DNA of 64,000 nt from Scyliorhinus canicula (GCF_902713615.1 NC_052175.1:7643941-7707940); one strand, 5' to 3'. Shown: positions 35,405 through 50,083, counted from the first letter of the stretch. Notes: generated by a model from the letters alone, not told the origin. Numbers and translations: made by a program.

Positions 35405-37849
35405 CTATCAGAGCAAAGGATTTTTCTCCATCGACACTGTCGAATTATTTTGCAATTTAATCACGTTTATTAGACCATCCCATATACTGGAGGGAATATG
35501 GGACTAGTCAGATAGCTCAACAATACAATGTACATTCTGTGAAAGTGTCACAGAAGCTGCACTCGAAGCTGTTTCTCTCTCGCAAATGCTTCAAGAGCTG
35601 CTGAGCTGAACCACTGTTTCCTGTTATCAGCAATCTGAGTTCACGTGAACAAGAATATGACATTCAGAAGAATATTTAAATCAGAGACACGTTTATTGGG
35701 TAGTGTGTGGGAGATGGATCTTGCAATATATTTTATCAGAAACTGCATCTGTTGCACTTGAATTTCATCTGATTTAATATTTTGATTCAAGAATAAACAG
35801 AATGGAAATACTTAACTGGGTGTGATTCGGATCGGAAATGCTGTGTAACCAGATGCAATGAAATCCGCTGTCACTTACGGAAAACGTTTTGCAAAGCTTA
35901 GCAAACTTACAATGAGTAAAATAAGAATATCAAGGCAGGAAAGACACAAATCAAATCAAATTCAATTTAGATTGCGTCCTCCCATCCTGGTTGTTACGCG
36001 ATAAAATTACAAGTGGCTTGTCATGATAATTAATCTTTATTAATTGTTCCAACGCATTACAGATATGAAGAACAGTTCCATCAGACGTCATAGAATTTCG
36101 GAATTACAACTTCAAATTCACCTCTTCTTCCAAAACTCAACCAATGGCTCTGACTTTGAAATTAAAAATAAAGCACACATTTTACTGTGCAAAAGGAACC
36201 ACATCAAATTTCCGTCACCACTGCGCATGCCCTGATGGATTCCAATTATTTAAATGCTAACACATCACATCTGACAGCAACCAACCACTCACAGCCTCGC
36301 AATTCACTATCGATGTTGTCAGCATGACATGCTTTGCAGTTTAATCTATTTGACATTGTCTTAATAGTTAATTGTTGATCAATACAAACATCTTCTGCAT
36401 CGTTATTATCGAGTAATACTTTATTTTATTTAAATGTAGATTTTTACAATAAATTAGAATGATGTCAGTCAACGAAGTTCCAGATTCAAGAAAATAGGGT
36501 CAGATAAACTCAGGAAGGGCTCTACGCTTTGTTCCCGGTTTTTATCTCACTTGATTTGCAGGCATATGTTTGAAACAGCATTTTTTACATTTCACAAAAG
36601 TTAGCGCCATTTTACTTGTTTATTGAGTGTTTTCTTGGCTCCATTTTCAGTTCCTAGTTTTTTAAAAAATCCTGCCTCGTCTAAAATTCCTAGAAAACAT
36701 CCACTTTCGTTTCTCTGATCCTCCTAATTGAATCTAGTTTCCAACGCTTTAAACATCAGGAAGGTTTAGACAGACCACCCCCGACGTTCGGAAATATGTT
36801 AAATCTAATCATCAAAATGACTGACATAGGATTTCAATTTACCCCGTCCTGTAACAAAGTGTCATCGAATCATGTACAGAAGGAAGCCATTCGGCCCATC
36901 GTGTTTCTGTCTGATCCTTCAATGAGGAATGCAAGTAGTCATCGTGCCTCATCTCATTCCTCATATATTATTTTTCTAAATGTCCACCTCAAATATTATG
37001 TGATGATTCTGTCATGATTAATATACATATCTATGTCTATCCATATATATATATATGTATATGTTTCAAATTGTGATTTAACCTGCAGGCAGACAGTGCA
37101 TCTGAAAAACGTACAATTAGGATGTCGTAAAAGTTATGTTATAATTTACTCGAAGAAGGTATTGTTACAAAGAGAGGTCAAATGGACTCTAAGTGATTGC
37201 TGGAGATTCTCAGGTGAGTGGATAGTTTGAGACGATTTGTTTAGATTTAGGTAAGCATGTCATGGGATCTGAGAGTGATATAGATTATTGTAAATAATCG
37301 GAGGTGTCAGGTCTCTAAGTAGTCTTGGCAGTTTTACAGAAGTGTCAGACTCCGAAGAGTTTTAAGATGAGCAACGGCAAAAGCCAGAAAAAAGACAGCA
37401 GGCTCTGCAGGCAGTTTGCTGAAAGCTACCTACTCTCTTCAAACGGTCTTTCCAAGAAATACCCACATAAGTGTACAACATGTAACTCTTTTTTTCGCTC
37501 ATTTTAGTTAAATGTGCATTTTGACCTGTGATGTGCTTTGATTAATTTGATATAGAATAAGTATAGGTGAATAGTAAAAAGCGTTTCCTTTTATTTTAAG
37601 AATTGTTTAACTGTTAATTGAAAAGCTATTTTCTGTGACATTAATGTTTGTGACCCTGTGTTAGGAATAACATTAAAAAAATATAAAATATATCTATTTT
37701 CAGTGGAATCGCACCTCGAGTGAATTATCCTTTCCACGCAATGTTTCTTAAAAATCAGTTGATGTATTTGGGTTTTTTGGCCAGAATTCTCGGAAATCCG
37801 GAAGTGTAGAATATTTTAGTTTAGAAGGGCAGCATGATAAGTAAATGAG

Positions 37850-40705
37850 TTTATGGCACAAATCACCGTGAATGACTATGATTTAGTGGCCATTACTGAA
37901 ACATGGTTAAAGGATGGTCACGACTGGGAGTTAAATATCCGAGGGTATCAAACTATTCGGAAGGACAGAGTGGATGATAAGGGAGGTGGTGTTGCTCTGT
38001 TATTTAAGGACGACATCCGGACAATAGTAAGGGATGACATTGGTGCTATGGAGGATAAGATTGAATCAATTTGGGTGGAAATCAGGAATAGTAAGACGAA
38101 AAAGACACTGATAGGAGTAGTTTATCGGCCAAATAGTAACGTTATGGTGGGGCACGCAATAAACAAAGAAATAACTGATGCATGTAGAAATGGTACAGCA
38201 GTTATCATGGGGGATTTTAATTTACATGTCGATTGGTTTAACCAGGTCGGTCAAGGCAACCTTGAGGAGGAGTTTAGAGAATGTATCCGCGATAGTTTCC
38301 TAGAACAGTATGCAATGGAACCAACGAGGGAACAAGCGGTCCAAGATCTTGTCCTGTGTAATGAGACAGGATTGATTCATGATTTCATAGTTAGGGATCC
38401 TCTCGGAAAGAGCGATCACAATATTGTAGAATTTAAAATACAGATGGAGGGTGAGAAAGTAAAACCAAATACTCGTGTTTTGTGTTTAAACAAAGGATAT
38501 TACAATGGGATGAGAGAAGAACGAGCTAAGGTAGATTTGGGAGCAAAGACTTAATGTTGGAACAGTTGAGGAACAGTGGAGAACCTTCCAAGCGATTTTT
38601 CACAGTGCTCAGCAAAGGTTTATACCATCAAAAAGGAAGGATGGTAGAAAGAGGGAAAATCGACCGTGGATATCTAAGGAAATAAGGGAGAGTATCAAAT
38701 TGAAGGAAAAAGCATATAAAGTGGCAAAGATTGGTGGGAGACGAGAGGACTGGGAAATCTTTAGGGGGCAACAGAAAGCCACTAAAAAAGCTATAAAGAA
38801 GAGTAAGATAGAGTATGAGAGTAAACTTGCTCAGAATATAAAAACAGACAGCAAAAGTTTTTACAACTATATAAAACAAAAAAGAGTGGCTAAGGTAAAT
38901 ATTGGTCCTTTTGAGGATGATAAGGGAGTTTTAATAATGGGAGATGAGGAAATGGCTGAGGAACTGAACAGGTTTTTTGGGTCGGTCCTCACAGTGGAAG
39001 ACACAAATAAAATGCCAGCGACTGATGCAAATGAGGCTATGGCAGGTGAAGACCTTGAGAGGATTGTTATCACTAAGGAGGTAGTGATGGGCAAGCTAAT
39101 GGGGCTAAAGATAGACAAGTCTCCTGGCCCTGATGGAATGCATCTCAGAGTGCTAAAATAAATAGCTAGGGAAATTGCAGATGCATTAATGATAATTTAC
39201 CAAAAATTCACTAGACTCTTGGGTGGTCCCGGTGGTTTGGAAATTAGCAAACGTGACACCACTGTTTAAAAAAGGAGGTAGGCAGAGAGCAGGAAATTAA
39301 AGGCCAGTGAGCTTAACTTCGGTAATAGGGAAGATGCTGGAATCTATCATCAAGGAAGAAATAGCGAGTCATCTGGATAGAAATTGTCCCTTTGGGCAGG
39401 CGCAGCATGGGTTCATAAAGGGCAGGTCGTGCCTAACTAATTTAGTGGAATTTTTTGAGGACATTACCAGTGCAGTTGGGGTGCCAATGGATGTGGTATC
39501 TCTGGATTTTCCAGAAAGCCTTTGACAAGGTGCCACACAAAAGGTTGCTGCATAAGATAAAGATGCATTGTATTAAGGGTAAAGTAGTAGCATGGATAGA
39601 GGATTGGTTAATTAATAGAAAGCAAAGAGTGGGGATTAATGGATGTTTCTCTGGTTGGCAATCAGAAGCTAGTGGTGTCCCTCACGGATCCGTGTTGGGC
39701 CCACAATTGTTCACAATTTACATAGATGATTTGGAGTTGGGGACCAAGGCAATGTGTCCAGGTTTGCAGATGACACTAAGATGAGTGGTAAAGAAAAAAG
39801 TGCAGAGGATACTGGAAGTCTGCAGAGGGATTTGGATAGGTTAAGTGAATGGGCTAGGGTCTGGCAGATGGAATACAATGTTGCCAAATGTGAGGTTATC
39901 CATTTTGGTAGGAATAACAGCAAACGGGATTATTATTTAAACGACAAAATATTAAAGCATGCCGCTGTGCGGAGGGACCTGGGTGTGCTAGGGCATGAGT
40001 CACAGAAAGTTGGTTTACAGGTGCAACAGGTGATTAAGAAGGCAAATGGAATTTTGTCCTTCATTGCTAGAGGGATGGAGTTTAAGACTAGGGAGGTTAT
40101 GTTGCAATTGTATATGGTGTTAGTGAGGCCACACCTGGAGTATTGTGTTCAGTTTTGGTCTCCTTACTTGAGAAAGGACATACTGGCACTGGAGGGTGTG
40201 CAGGGGAGATTCACTAGGTTAATATCAGAGCTGAAGGGGTTCGATTACGATGAGAGGTTGAGTAGACTGGGACTGTACTCGTTGGAATTTAGAAGGATGA
40301 GGGGGGATCTTATAGAAACATTTAAAATTATGAAGGGAATAGATAGGATAGATGCGGGCAGGTTGTTTCCACTGGCGGGTGAAAGCAGAACTAGGGGACA
40401 TCGCCTCAAAATAAGGGGAAGTAGATTTAGTACTGAGTTTAGGAGGAACTTCTTCACCCAAAGGGTTGTGAATATATGGAATTCCTTGCCCAGTGATACA
40501 GTTGAGGCTCCTTCATTACATGTTTTTAAGGTAAAGATAGATAGTTTTTTGAAGAATAAAGGGATTCAGGGTTATTGTGTTCGGGCATGAAAGTGGAGCT
40601 GAGTCCACAAAAGATCAGCCATGATCTCATTGAATGGCGGAGCAGGCTCGAGGGGCCAGATCGCCTATTCCTGATCCTAGTTATTATGTTCTTATGTTCT
40701 TATGA
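37850..40705 (+). mobile_element. CR1 LINE ORF2 (EN to tail), decayed
   Basis: ORFs ITETW...GDFN...SDHN and FADD...HLEYCVQFW; (TTCTTATG)n tail. Confidence 0.93.
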
Positions 40706-40877
40706 TCGGCGCAGGCTTAGAGGGCCGAAGGGCCAGTTCCTGTGCTGTACTTTTCTTTGTTATTTATTCTTTGTGAACACTTACAAAACCTACTATCAAA
40801 CTCGTTTCCGTTGCCCACTGTGTTAATTTATATTTAGTTTCCTTTATGAGGCGATGCAAGAATTTGAGGCATACATC

Positions 40878-41508
40878 TTGTTTGCCTTTATCGGACGGGG
40901 TATTGAGTACAAAGTCGGCAGGTCATGTTACAGTTGTGTAGGACTTTGGTTAGGCCACATTTAGGAATACTGCGTGCTGTTCTGGTCGCCACATTACCAG
41001 AAGGACGTGGGTGCTTTAGAGAGGGTGCACGGAGCTTCACCAGGATGTTGCCTGGTATGGAGGGTGCTAGCTATGAAGAAAAGTTGAGTAGATGATGATT
41101 GTTTTCGTTGGAAACACAGAGGTTGAGGGGGGACCTGATTGAGTTCTACAAATTATGTGAGGTATGGACAGGGTGGATAGCAACAAGTTTTTTCCAAGAT
41201 TCGGGGTGCCAATTACAAGGGGTCACGATCTCAAGGTGAGAAGGGGAACGTTTAAGGGAGATGTGCGTGGAACGTTTTTTACGCAGAGGTTGGTGGGTGC
41301 CTGGAACGCTTTGCCAGCGGAGGTGGTAGAGGCGGGCACGATAGCATAATTTAAGATGCATCAAGACAGATATATGAACGGTCACGGAACAGAGGGAAGT
41401 AGACCTTGGACAATAGGATTCAGGTTTAGATAAAAGATCTGGATCGGCGCAGGCTGGGAGGGTCGAAGGGCCTGTTCATCTGATGTAATTTTCATTGTTC
41501 TTTGTTCT
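40878..41508 (+). mobile_element. 5'-truncated CR1
   Basis: Same 3' region and tail as 2549-3423. Confidence 0.88.
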
Positions 41509-43524
41509 TAAATATTGCTCTGATATTCCCGAGCTAATCTGATTTGCAGACTTCACCACATCCCAACCACACGGCTGGATGCTATTCCATATAACAATAG
41601 ATTTCCTACAGTGCAGAAGGAGGCCATTCGGCCGCTGGAGTCTGCAGCGACACTCTGTGCGAGGACCATTGCACGGTCTCACTCCACATCCCATCCCAGT
41701 AACTCCACCTAACCTGCACACCTTTGGACTAGGTGACGAAACCGAAGCACAACGCAGACACGGGGATAACCTGTGAATTCCACACAGTTAGTTACCCATG
41801 GCCTGAATTTAACCCCGGTACCTGTTGCTATGAAGCAGCAGAGCAAGCCATCGTGCCCTCAGATAGACGTCACATACTTAATCACATCCAGGATTTGATT
41901 TACAATAGCTCCTTTGATGTGCCCAGGTGGTCCCAAATTGTTTTCATCTACTTCTTGGAGCATATTAATGGTTTGCAACTGAGTAAATGCGGCCGCCATT
42001 TTGCGAATGAGTAACATTCCAGGAAAGTATGTTACAAATGATACTGATGATTAGTTTTAGGATGTTGCTTGCATAAAATCACATTCTCAATATCTTACAA
42101 AAACTCACAGGAAGACAGGTGCGCACACATGAACACCACCACACCCAGACTGTATTGTCAGATAGGGAGAGGGATGAGAGTAATATTGTGATTCCAGTTA
42201 AAGGGAGAGACTGGTATTTGTCAGAAATTCAGATGCTTGAGGAAGTTACAAGCTGTATGTAAAGCGTGTGACATTTGCAGCAATGGGAGAAAATGTAACC
42301 TTTCTGTTGCTTATACAACATTTTCATTAACTTGTGTTGCACTCCGATATGACCGTTTTGTCTCTGTTTGACATTGGTTACCTGTGTCATAAAGGATAAG
42401 ATATGCATGGAAAGTTATTCCTGGCTGGCTAATCGACCAGTTATTCGAGAGGTACTGTGCACCAATCATCTGTCAATACAACAATGGGGTCAATGTATAA
42501 AAAGGCCCTGAATATCAATGGAACTACCATCAACGTAACCTCCACAGTAAATTATAGTCCCCCAAATGCGTCCAAAGTCCATAAATATACTCATGGTCCC
42601 ACAGAGCTTCAGTGCATGGCAATTGGGCAATGCACGGACAATAACTATCTATCCTGAGTGTCTGGGGTCTGATGTTCCTCTGGTATTAATGAGAATATGA
42701 ATGACCAACAATTGTTCTTTTTTTTATATGGAACCAAAATGCAAGATATTGATTTGCATTTTATGGCAGGAACTTAAATTTAGCATCATTCAATTTTCCC
42801 ATTTGGCATTTAGTCTGCATCAACACTTAATTCGAACTTAGCACTTTATCGCTCATTGTACAAGGCCCATCTTCCCCATTCCCCTTTCTCTTGTTCAATC
42901 TCCCAGAATACGATCTGATACCAAGAGCAATATCAAACAAGTGTTAGATCTTGTCACTCCCGCGACAGGTGTTAGACAAATTTGAGAAGAGAATGGCGAC
43001 ACATCCAAACCTATGTCGGAAAGTATCACTGGATTTTTGAAAAATCATGTAGTTAGACCTGCGTTTATTGATAGTGTCGAGCTTCTTCAATGTTGTTTCT
43101 GCTGAACTCGTGCAGGCAAGTGGAGACTATTCAATCACATTCCTCACTTGTGCGTTCGTGATTGCGGTATGTGCGTTATTTTCCACACGGTTCCTGGCTT
43201 CTAACATTCCCATATAGTCAGCACACGTTTATGGAAATGCCAGTTAAGTTTTCGGTTAATGCTAACCCCAAGGGTTTTCATCATTGGGTATTTGACTTGG
43301 GGATTATTTAAGATGCAATGGTGAGATTGCCTCTCGTTGAGATTGCCATTGCCTGGCACTTGAGCGGCACCATATCTTCCCAATTGTCCTCACAAGCCTG
43401 GACATTTAGCCTTATTACGTCCATTGCCTGAAAAGAGGTGTGTGAGCTGATTCGCTAAAAATTTCAAAATGGGTAATCGTGTTTTCAATTGAGAGAGAAA
43501 AATGTGGCAATGCTAAGGAATAAT

Positions 43525-46500
43525 GTAAATGATTTGATGGCGCGAATCATTGTGAATGACTATGATTTAGTGGCCATTACTGAAACATGGTTAAAGGATG
43601 GTCACGACTGGGAGTTAAATATCCGAGGGAGGAAACAATTCGGAAGTCTAGAGTGGATGGTAAGGGAGGATGTGTACCTCTGTTATTTAATAATGACATT
43701 CGGGCAATAGTAAGGGATGACATCGATGCTCTGGAGCATAAGGTTGAATCCATCTGGGTCGAGATCAGGAATAGTAAGGCGAAAAAGTTACTGACAGGAG
43801 TAGTGTATAGGACGCCAAATAGTAATGGTGGCACAGGCAATAAACAAAGAAATAACGGATGCATGTCGAAATGGTACAGCAGGTATCATGGAGGATTTTA
43901 ATCTACATGTCGATTAGATTAAACAGGTCGGTCAAGGCAGCATTGAGGAGTTGTTTATAGAACAATCGATGCTATGGAGGATAAGGTTGAATCCATTTGG
44001 GTTGAGATCAGGAATAGTAAGGCGAAAAGGTTACTGACAGGAGTAGTGTATAGGACGCCAAATAGTAATGGTGGCGCAGGCAATAAACAAAGAAATAACG
44101 GAGGCATGTAAAAATGGTATAGCAGGTATCATGGAGGACTTTAATCTGCATGTCGATTGGATTAAACAGGTCGGTCAAGGCAGCATTGAGGAGTTGTTTA
44201 TAGAATTTATCCGCGATAGTTTCCCAGAACAGTATGTAATGGAACCTGCGAGGGAATAAGCGGCCCTAGATCTTGTCCTGTGTAATGAGACAGGATTGAT
44301 TCATGATCTCATAGTTAAGGAATATCTCGGAAGGAGCGATCACAATATGACGGAATTTAAAATACAGATGGAGGGTAAGAATGTAAAATCAAATACTCGT
44401 GTTTTGTGCTTAAACAGAGGAGATTACAATGGGATGAGAGAAGAACTAGGTAAAGTAGACTGGGAGTAAAGTCTTCATGGTGGAACAGTTGAGGAACAGT
44501 GGAGAACCTTCCAAGCGATTTTTCGCAATGCTCAGCAAAGGTTTATACTAACAAAAAGGAAGGACGGTAGAAAGAGGGAGAATCGACCGTGGATATATCA
44601 GGAAATAAGGGAGAGTATTAAATTGAAGGAAAAAGCATAAAAAGTGGCAAAGATTAGTGGGAGATTTAAGGACTGGGAAATCTTTAGGGTGCAACAGAAA
44701 TCTAATAAAAAAGCTATAAAGAAGAGGAGATAGATTATAAGAGTAAACTTGCTGAGAATATAAAAACAGATAGTAAATGTTTCTACAAATATATAAAACA
44801 AAAAAGAGAGGCTAAGGTAAATATTGGTCCTTTAGACTAGAGGATGAGAAGGGAGTTTTCATAATGGGAGACGAGGAAATGGCTGAGGAGCTGAACAGGT
44901 TTTTTAGGTCGGTCTTCACAGTGGAAGTCACAAATAACATGCCAGTGACTGATAGAAATGAGGCTATGACAGGGGTGCACCTCGGGAGGATTGTTATCAC
45001 GAAGGAGGCAGTGATGGGCAAGCTAATGGGGCTAAAGGTAGACAAGTCTCCTGGCCCTGATCGAATGCATCCCAGAGTGTTAAAAGAGATGGCTACGGAA
45101 ATTGCAAATGCACTATTGACAATTGCCCAACTTCAATAGACTCTGGGGTGGTGCCGGCGGGTTAGAAATTAGCAAACGTGACACCCTTGTTGATAAAAGG
45201 ACGTAAGCCGAGAGCGGGTAATTATAGGCCAGTAACTTCGGTATTAGGGAAGATGCTGGAATCTATCATCAAGGAATCTGGATAGAAATTGTCCCATTGG
45301 GCAGGTGCAGCATAGGTTCATAAAGGGCAGGTCGTGACTATCAAATTGAGCGGAATTTTTTGTGGATATTAACAGTGCAGGAGATAACGGGGAGCCAATG
45401 GATGTGGTATATCTGGACTTCCAGAAAGCCTTTGACAAGGTGCTACACAAAAGGTTGCTGCATTAGATAAAGATGCATCGCATTAAGGGTAAAGTAGTAG
45501 AATGGTAAAGGATTCGATAATTAATAGAAAGCAAAGAGTGGGATTAATGGGTGTTTCTCTGGTTGGCATCAGAAGCTAGTGGTGTCCCTCAGGGATCCGT
45601 GTTGGGCCCACAATTTTTACAATTAACATTGATGATTTGGAGTTGGGGACCAAGGGCAATGTATCCTAGTTTGCAGACGACACTAAGATGAGTGGTAAAG
45701 TGAAAAGTGCAGAGGATACTGGAAGTCTGCAGAGGGTTTTGGATTGGTTAAGTAAATGGGACTGGGTCTGGCTGATGGAAGACAATATTGACAAATGTGA
45801 GGTTATCCGTTTTGGTAGGAATAACAGCAAACGGAATTATTATTTAAATGATAAAATATTAAAACATGCTGCTGTGCAGAGATACCAGGATGTGCATGAG
45901 TCGCAAAAAAATTGGTTTACAGGTGCAACAGGTGAAAAAGATGGCAAATGGAATTTTGTCATTCATTTCACGAGGGATGGTGTTTAAGACAAGGGAGGTT
46001 ATGCTGCAGTTGTATAAGGTGTTTGTGAGGCCACACCGAGAGTATTGTGTTCAGTTTTGGTCTCTTTACTTGAGAAAGGGCGTACTGGCACTGGAGGGTG
46101 TGCAGAGGAGATTCACTAGGTTAATCACAGAGCTGAAGGGGTTCGATTACGAGGAGAGGATGAGTAGACTGGGACAGGATGAGGAGGGATCTTATAGAAA
46201 CATATAAAATTATGAAGGGAATAGATAGGATAGATGCGGGCAGATTGTTTCCACTGGTGGGTGAAAGCAGAACTGGGGAGCATAGCCTCAAAATAAGGGG
46301 AATTAGATTTTGGACTGAGTTCAGGAGGAACGTCTTCACCCGAAGGGTTGTGAATCTCTGGAATTACTTGTGCAGCGAAGCAGAAGACGCTCTTTCAATA
46401 AATGTTTTAAAAATAAAGATAGATAGTTTTTTAAAGAATAAAGAGATTAAGGGTTTTGGTGTTGGGGCCGGAAAGTGGAGCTGAGTGCACAATATCAGCC

Positions 46501-46575
46501 ATGATCTCATTGAATGGCGGAGCAAGCTCGCGGGTCCATGTGGCCGACTCCTGCACCTGGATCTTATGTTCTTAT
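43525..46575 (+). mobile_element. CR1 LINE ORF2, sister of 37850-40705, with an internal 233-bp duplication
   Basis: Colinear with 37850-40705; repeat units start at 43732 and 43965. Confidence 0.92.
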
Positions 46576-46734
46576 GAGGAAACTTTGTACCTAATTGGAG
46601 AGCTCATTCAAAGAGCCAGATCATAATTGATGGGCCGATTGGTTTTTTTATTCGCATGACTAGTTTCAACGAATTTTGGCAGTGCCTCTCTCTCACTCTC
46701 TCTCTCTCTGTTCATCTCTCTCTCATACATTGAA

Positions 46735-47042
46735 TAATAATAATCTTTGTTGTCACAAGTAGGCTTACATTAACATTGTAATGAAGTTACTATGAAAAGC
46801 ACCTAGTCGTCACATTCTGGCACCTTTTCAGGTACACAGAGGGAGAATTCAGAATGTCCATATTACCAAATAACACGTCTTTCGGGACATGTGGGAGGAA
46901 ACTGGAGCACTCGGAGCAAACCTAGGCAGACAGACGGAGAATGTGCAAACTCCGCACAGACAGCAATACAAGCTGGGAATAGAACCTGGGACTCTGGGCG
47001 TAGTGAAGCCAGAGTGTTAACCGCTGTGCTACTGTGCTGCCC
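46735..47042 (-). mobile_element. tRNA-derived SINE (family of 19664-19950)
   Basis: Tail complement ATAATAATCTTTGTTGTCACAAGTAGG and V-like core. Confidence 0.8.
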
Positions 47043-49685
47043 GTAAATAACAGAACGACTCTCTCGGTAAACACATTCCTCCGTTTTGAAGACCACAAAG
47101 TCTCCGATCATTGTCACCGCTGCTTGTCTACTGCCTGGCCGACTTTAGCTGGCATTGTGCAAGTGTTTAGGGACCTGGTGATTGGGGTTCTGTAAGTGGA
47201 GCAATTATTCTTACATTATCGACAGTCGGGAAGCAGCCGCTTATATGCTTTGACAGTCACATTGTCTTTCATTGTTCATGTTATATTTGTTCTGCCAAGT
47301 TCCTTTTGTTCGACTTATGTGCGGAAAATAAAACAAGATTACATGAACAGGTCGATTGCCTTTGAAAAAAGACTGGGTGACATTTTCAGTTCAGTAAACA
47401 TCTATTCTTGCGGATTACAATTTAAAATTTCCACCCCCCGTTACTCCCCATAAACTGGCAGCAACTTCGGATTCAACTGAGGATTCATTGGCGCGACAGT
47501 TCGCCTTGCGCTGATCCCACCAGTTTGTTTCTGCAGATGGAGTGGCCACAAACAGACGGAAATGCAGTGTCAGTGAGTTTCTCCCCTTTCAGATGCAGTG
47601 GAAACTGTTGATAAAAATGACATGGAACGTACGACACCATTTTAGGAGCGGTATTCTGCTGAACTCAACTATAATTGGACATCATGTAATAACAGTCTGC
47701 ACGTCAGAGTGGTGAACTGGCAGAAGGTCTGCTGAAAGCTTCACTGCACTGTCCCTCAGTAAGTTTAAAAAAACACTAATTGTATGGATTCAGCTAAATT
47801 AGACTGTATGTGCAGAATGAGAGCGTCACTGGCAAGCCCCGGACCCATTCAACATCTCTAATTGCTCTTGAGGAGACGATGGGGACAGGCTCTTGCTAAT
47901 CCATGCAGCTCATGTTCGTGTCATGCAGATCACTGTTAGGGAGGGAGTTAACACATCTTGACGTGGGGACAGTGAAGGAACAGTGATATGTTTTCCAAGT
48001 CAGAATTATATGTAACGTCGAGGGGCAGTTCCAGGTCTTGATGTTTCTATTAGTCTCTCCCGGTCTTTTGGTGGCTGAGTTCTCGGCTTCGAAGGCGAGG
48101 CCAGGGATGCAGAATGTAATGTCCTCAACTTAATATTTTCTGTAAAGAGATGTCACCCAATTCCTGATATAGTCTGATTAATCAATAAAGTGGATATATT
48201 GCAGAAATTATGTGTGAATTGTACTGAAAGACAATTAATTGTCGCAGTGTCCCTTGTGTGAAGATAGAGCCTGCAGACATGAGCCACAGATTCAGTGAAT
48301 ACGTCATTTCTGAATGATATTGGGGATCTGAAAAATGCATTTTGTAACTAGAGCAATTATTGTTAGGCATGCATATAAACAGTGATCAGATGTCACGTCT
48401 GCAAGGACTGCAAATGAGATTAATTGTAATCCAGCCTTTCTCTGTTCAGTTGAACCTACCCTTCGGCGGCAAACTGTTTTGTCTTTGCGGTTTTACATTG
48501 TCTCCTATTTTGACCTCTGGAGGTGGGTGAGGCGCCTCAACTGTAAAAGTCAGAACACCACAATGAGTTTCCATATCGGACTGTTTCCATCTCAACCATA
48601 AAGTGGACAGAATCTCGGATGTGCTTCCGCTCTAGATGTGCTCCCCATTAGAGCTGTGAGAGAGGCGTCTTTCTGAAGGTCACAGCAAACAGCCGCGGTT
48701 ACAGCAAATTCGACTCTCTCTGCAGCAAAGTCCCACTCTCTGCTGCAGCATCTCGTGACTCATTTCATTGTCTGTAAAGGTCAAACATTTCTGCAGAACA
48801 TTTCAGACACTCAGTTTTGTTCTGCCAGGAATTTATTCCAACAGGCCTTTCACATTAAGATGAATGTACCTCGCTCCTGATTCCTAGATTCTGCTCCTCG
48901 TGACTGTCCTCAACGTTGCTTGACGGAATAATTCATTTCGGTTCTTGAGGAGAACCGACAGGCTGGCGCAGCAGTTTCGTTATTTTAACTGGATCAAATG
49001 TTTCATGTGGATATCCCATGAAGGAATCTTGACCAATAGTACTTTCTGAGTTTTTTGTCTCTGGTACGATGTTACATTGTGTCCGTTTGCATATGTATCG
49101 CAACAATCTCGGTTCGAATCTTCATTCTAATTAGATTTTTGATTCATTAAGACGGATGATTCGCCAGGCAATAACAGGGACGATTCAATAAGCGTTGTTT
49201 TCATCTGCATCATTTTGAAATAGTCAGTTTCTGGTTTCGTACACTAAATGTGTAATCCCACAAAGTCAGCAGAACATTTCAACCCTTTTGGAAATTATTT
49301 CACTCAGAATATCACCGCGTGTAACACTGTGTGTAAATCAGTTGACCCAGAACCCAGTCCCAACATCGAGATAATTTAATATTTTCTGTCTTTTTTAAGA
49401 TTCATATGGGACCAATCAACAATCCACCATTTCAGTAAATACTTCAAGTGCCCAAAATATTAAACGATGCAATGATATAGGAGCAGGAGTATGGTATGCA
49501 GCCGCTATGGTCAGCGCTTCCATTTCATAAAATCATCGCTGTTGTGGCATTTCCACTACATCCCCGTCTGTCCCCAATAAAAATTGACTCGCTTGTCATT
49601 CCAAAATCTCTCTAACTCCGAGTTGGACCACCTGCTGGATAGAACATAGAACATAGTACATAGTACTATAGTTCTATAGTACTAT

Positions 49686-50017
49686 AGAACATAGAACATA
49701 GTACAGCACAGAACAGGCCCTTCGGCCCTCGATGTTGTGCCGAACAATGATCATCCCACTTAAACCCACGTAACCCGTATACCCGTAACCCAACAATCCC
49801 CCCATTAACCTTACACTACGGGCAATTTAGCATGGCCAATCCACCTAACCCGCACATCTTTGGACTGTGGGAGTAAACCGGAGCACCCGGAGGAAACCCA
49901 CGCACACACAGGGAGGACGTGCAGACTCCACACAGACAGTGACCCAGCCGGGAATCGAACCTGGGACCCTGGAGCTGTGAAGCATTGATGCTAACCACCA
50001 TGCTACCGTGAGGCCCG
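49686..50017 (-). mobile_element. HE1/V-SINE-type SINE (tail type A) with a palindromic tail extension at 49639-49690
   Basis: Complete copy on the minus strand. Confidence 0.92.
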
Positions 50018-50083
50018 TGAGGATAACTGCTTCTCAACTTGTCCCTGGGGAAGATAACTGCATAGCCTCTCTGATGGATATCT

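Noticed and set aside
36100-36260. Frame containing TFYCAKG and CACPDGFQL (V-end-like or EGF-like)
   Set aside because: It lacks the D-x-x-x-Y-x-C spacing, the other conserved Cys and Trp residues and fitting splice sites. Likely chance.
47196-47453. ORF with a hydrophobic stretch (LYALTVTLSFIVHVIFVL) as the TM exon
   Set aside because: The available acceptor puts it in phase 0, which does not match the phase-1 C1 donor, and there is no other support.
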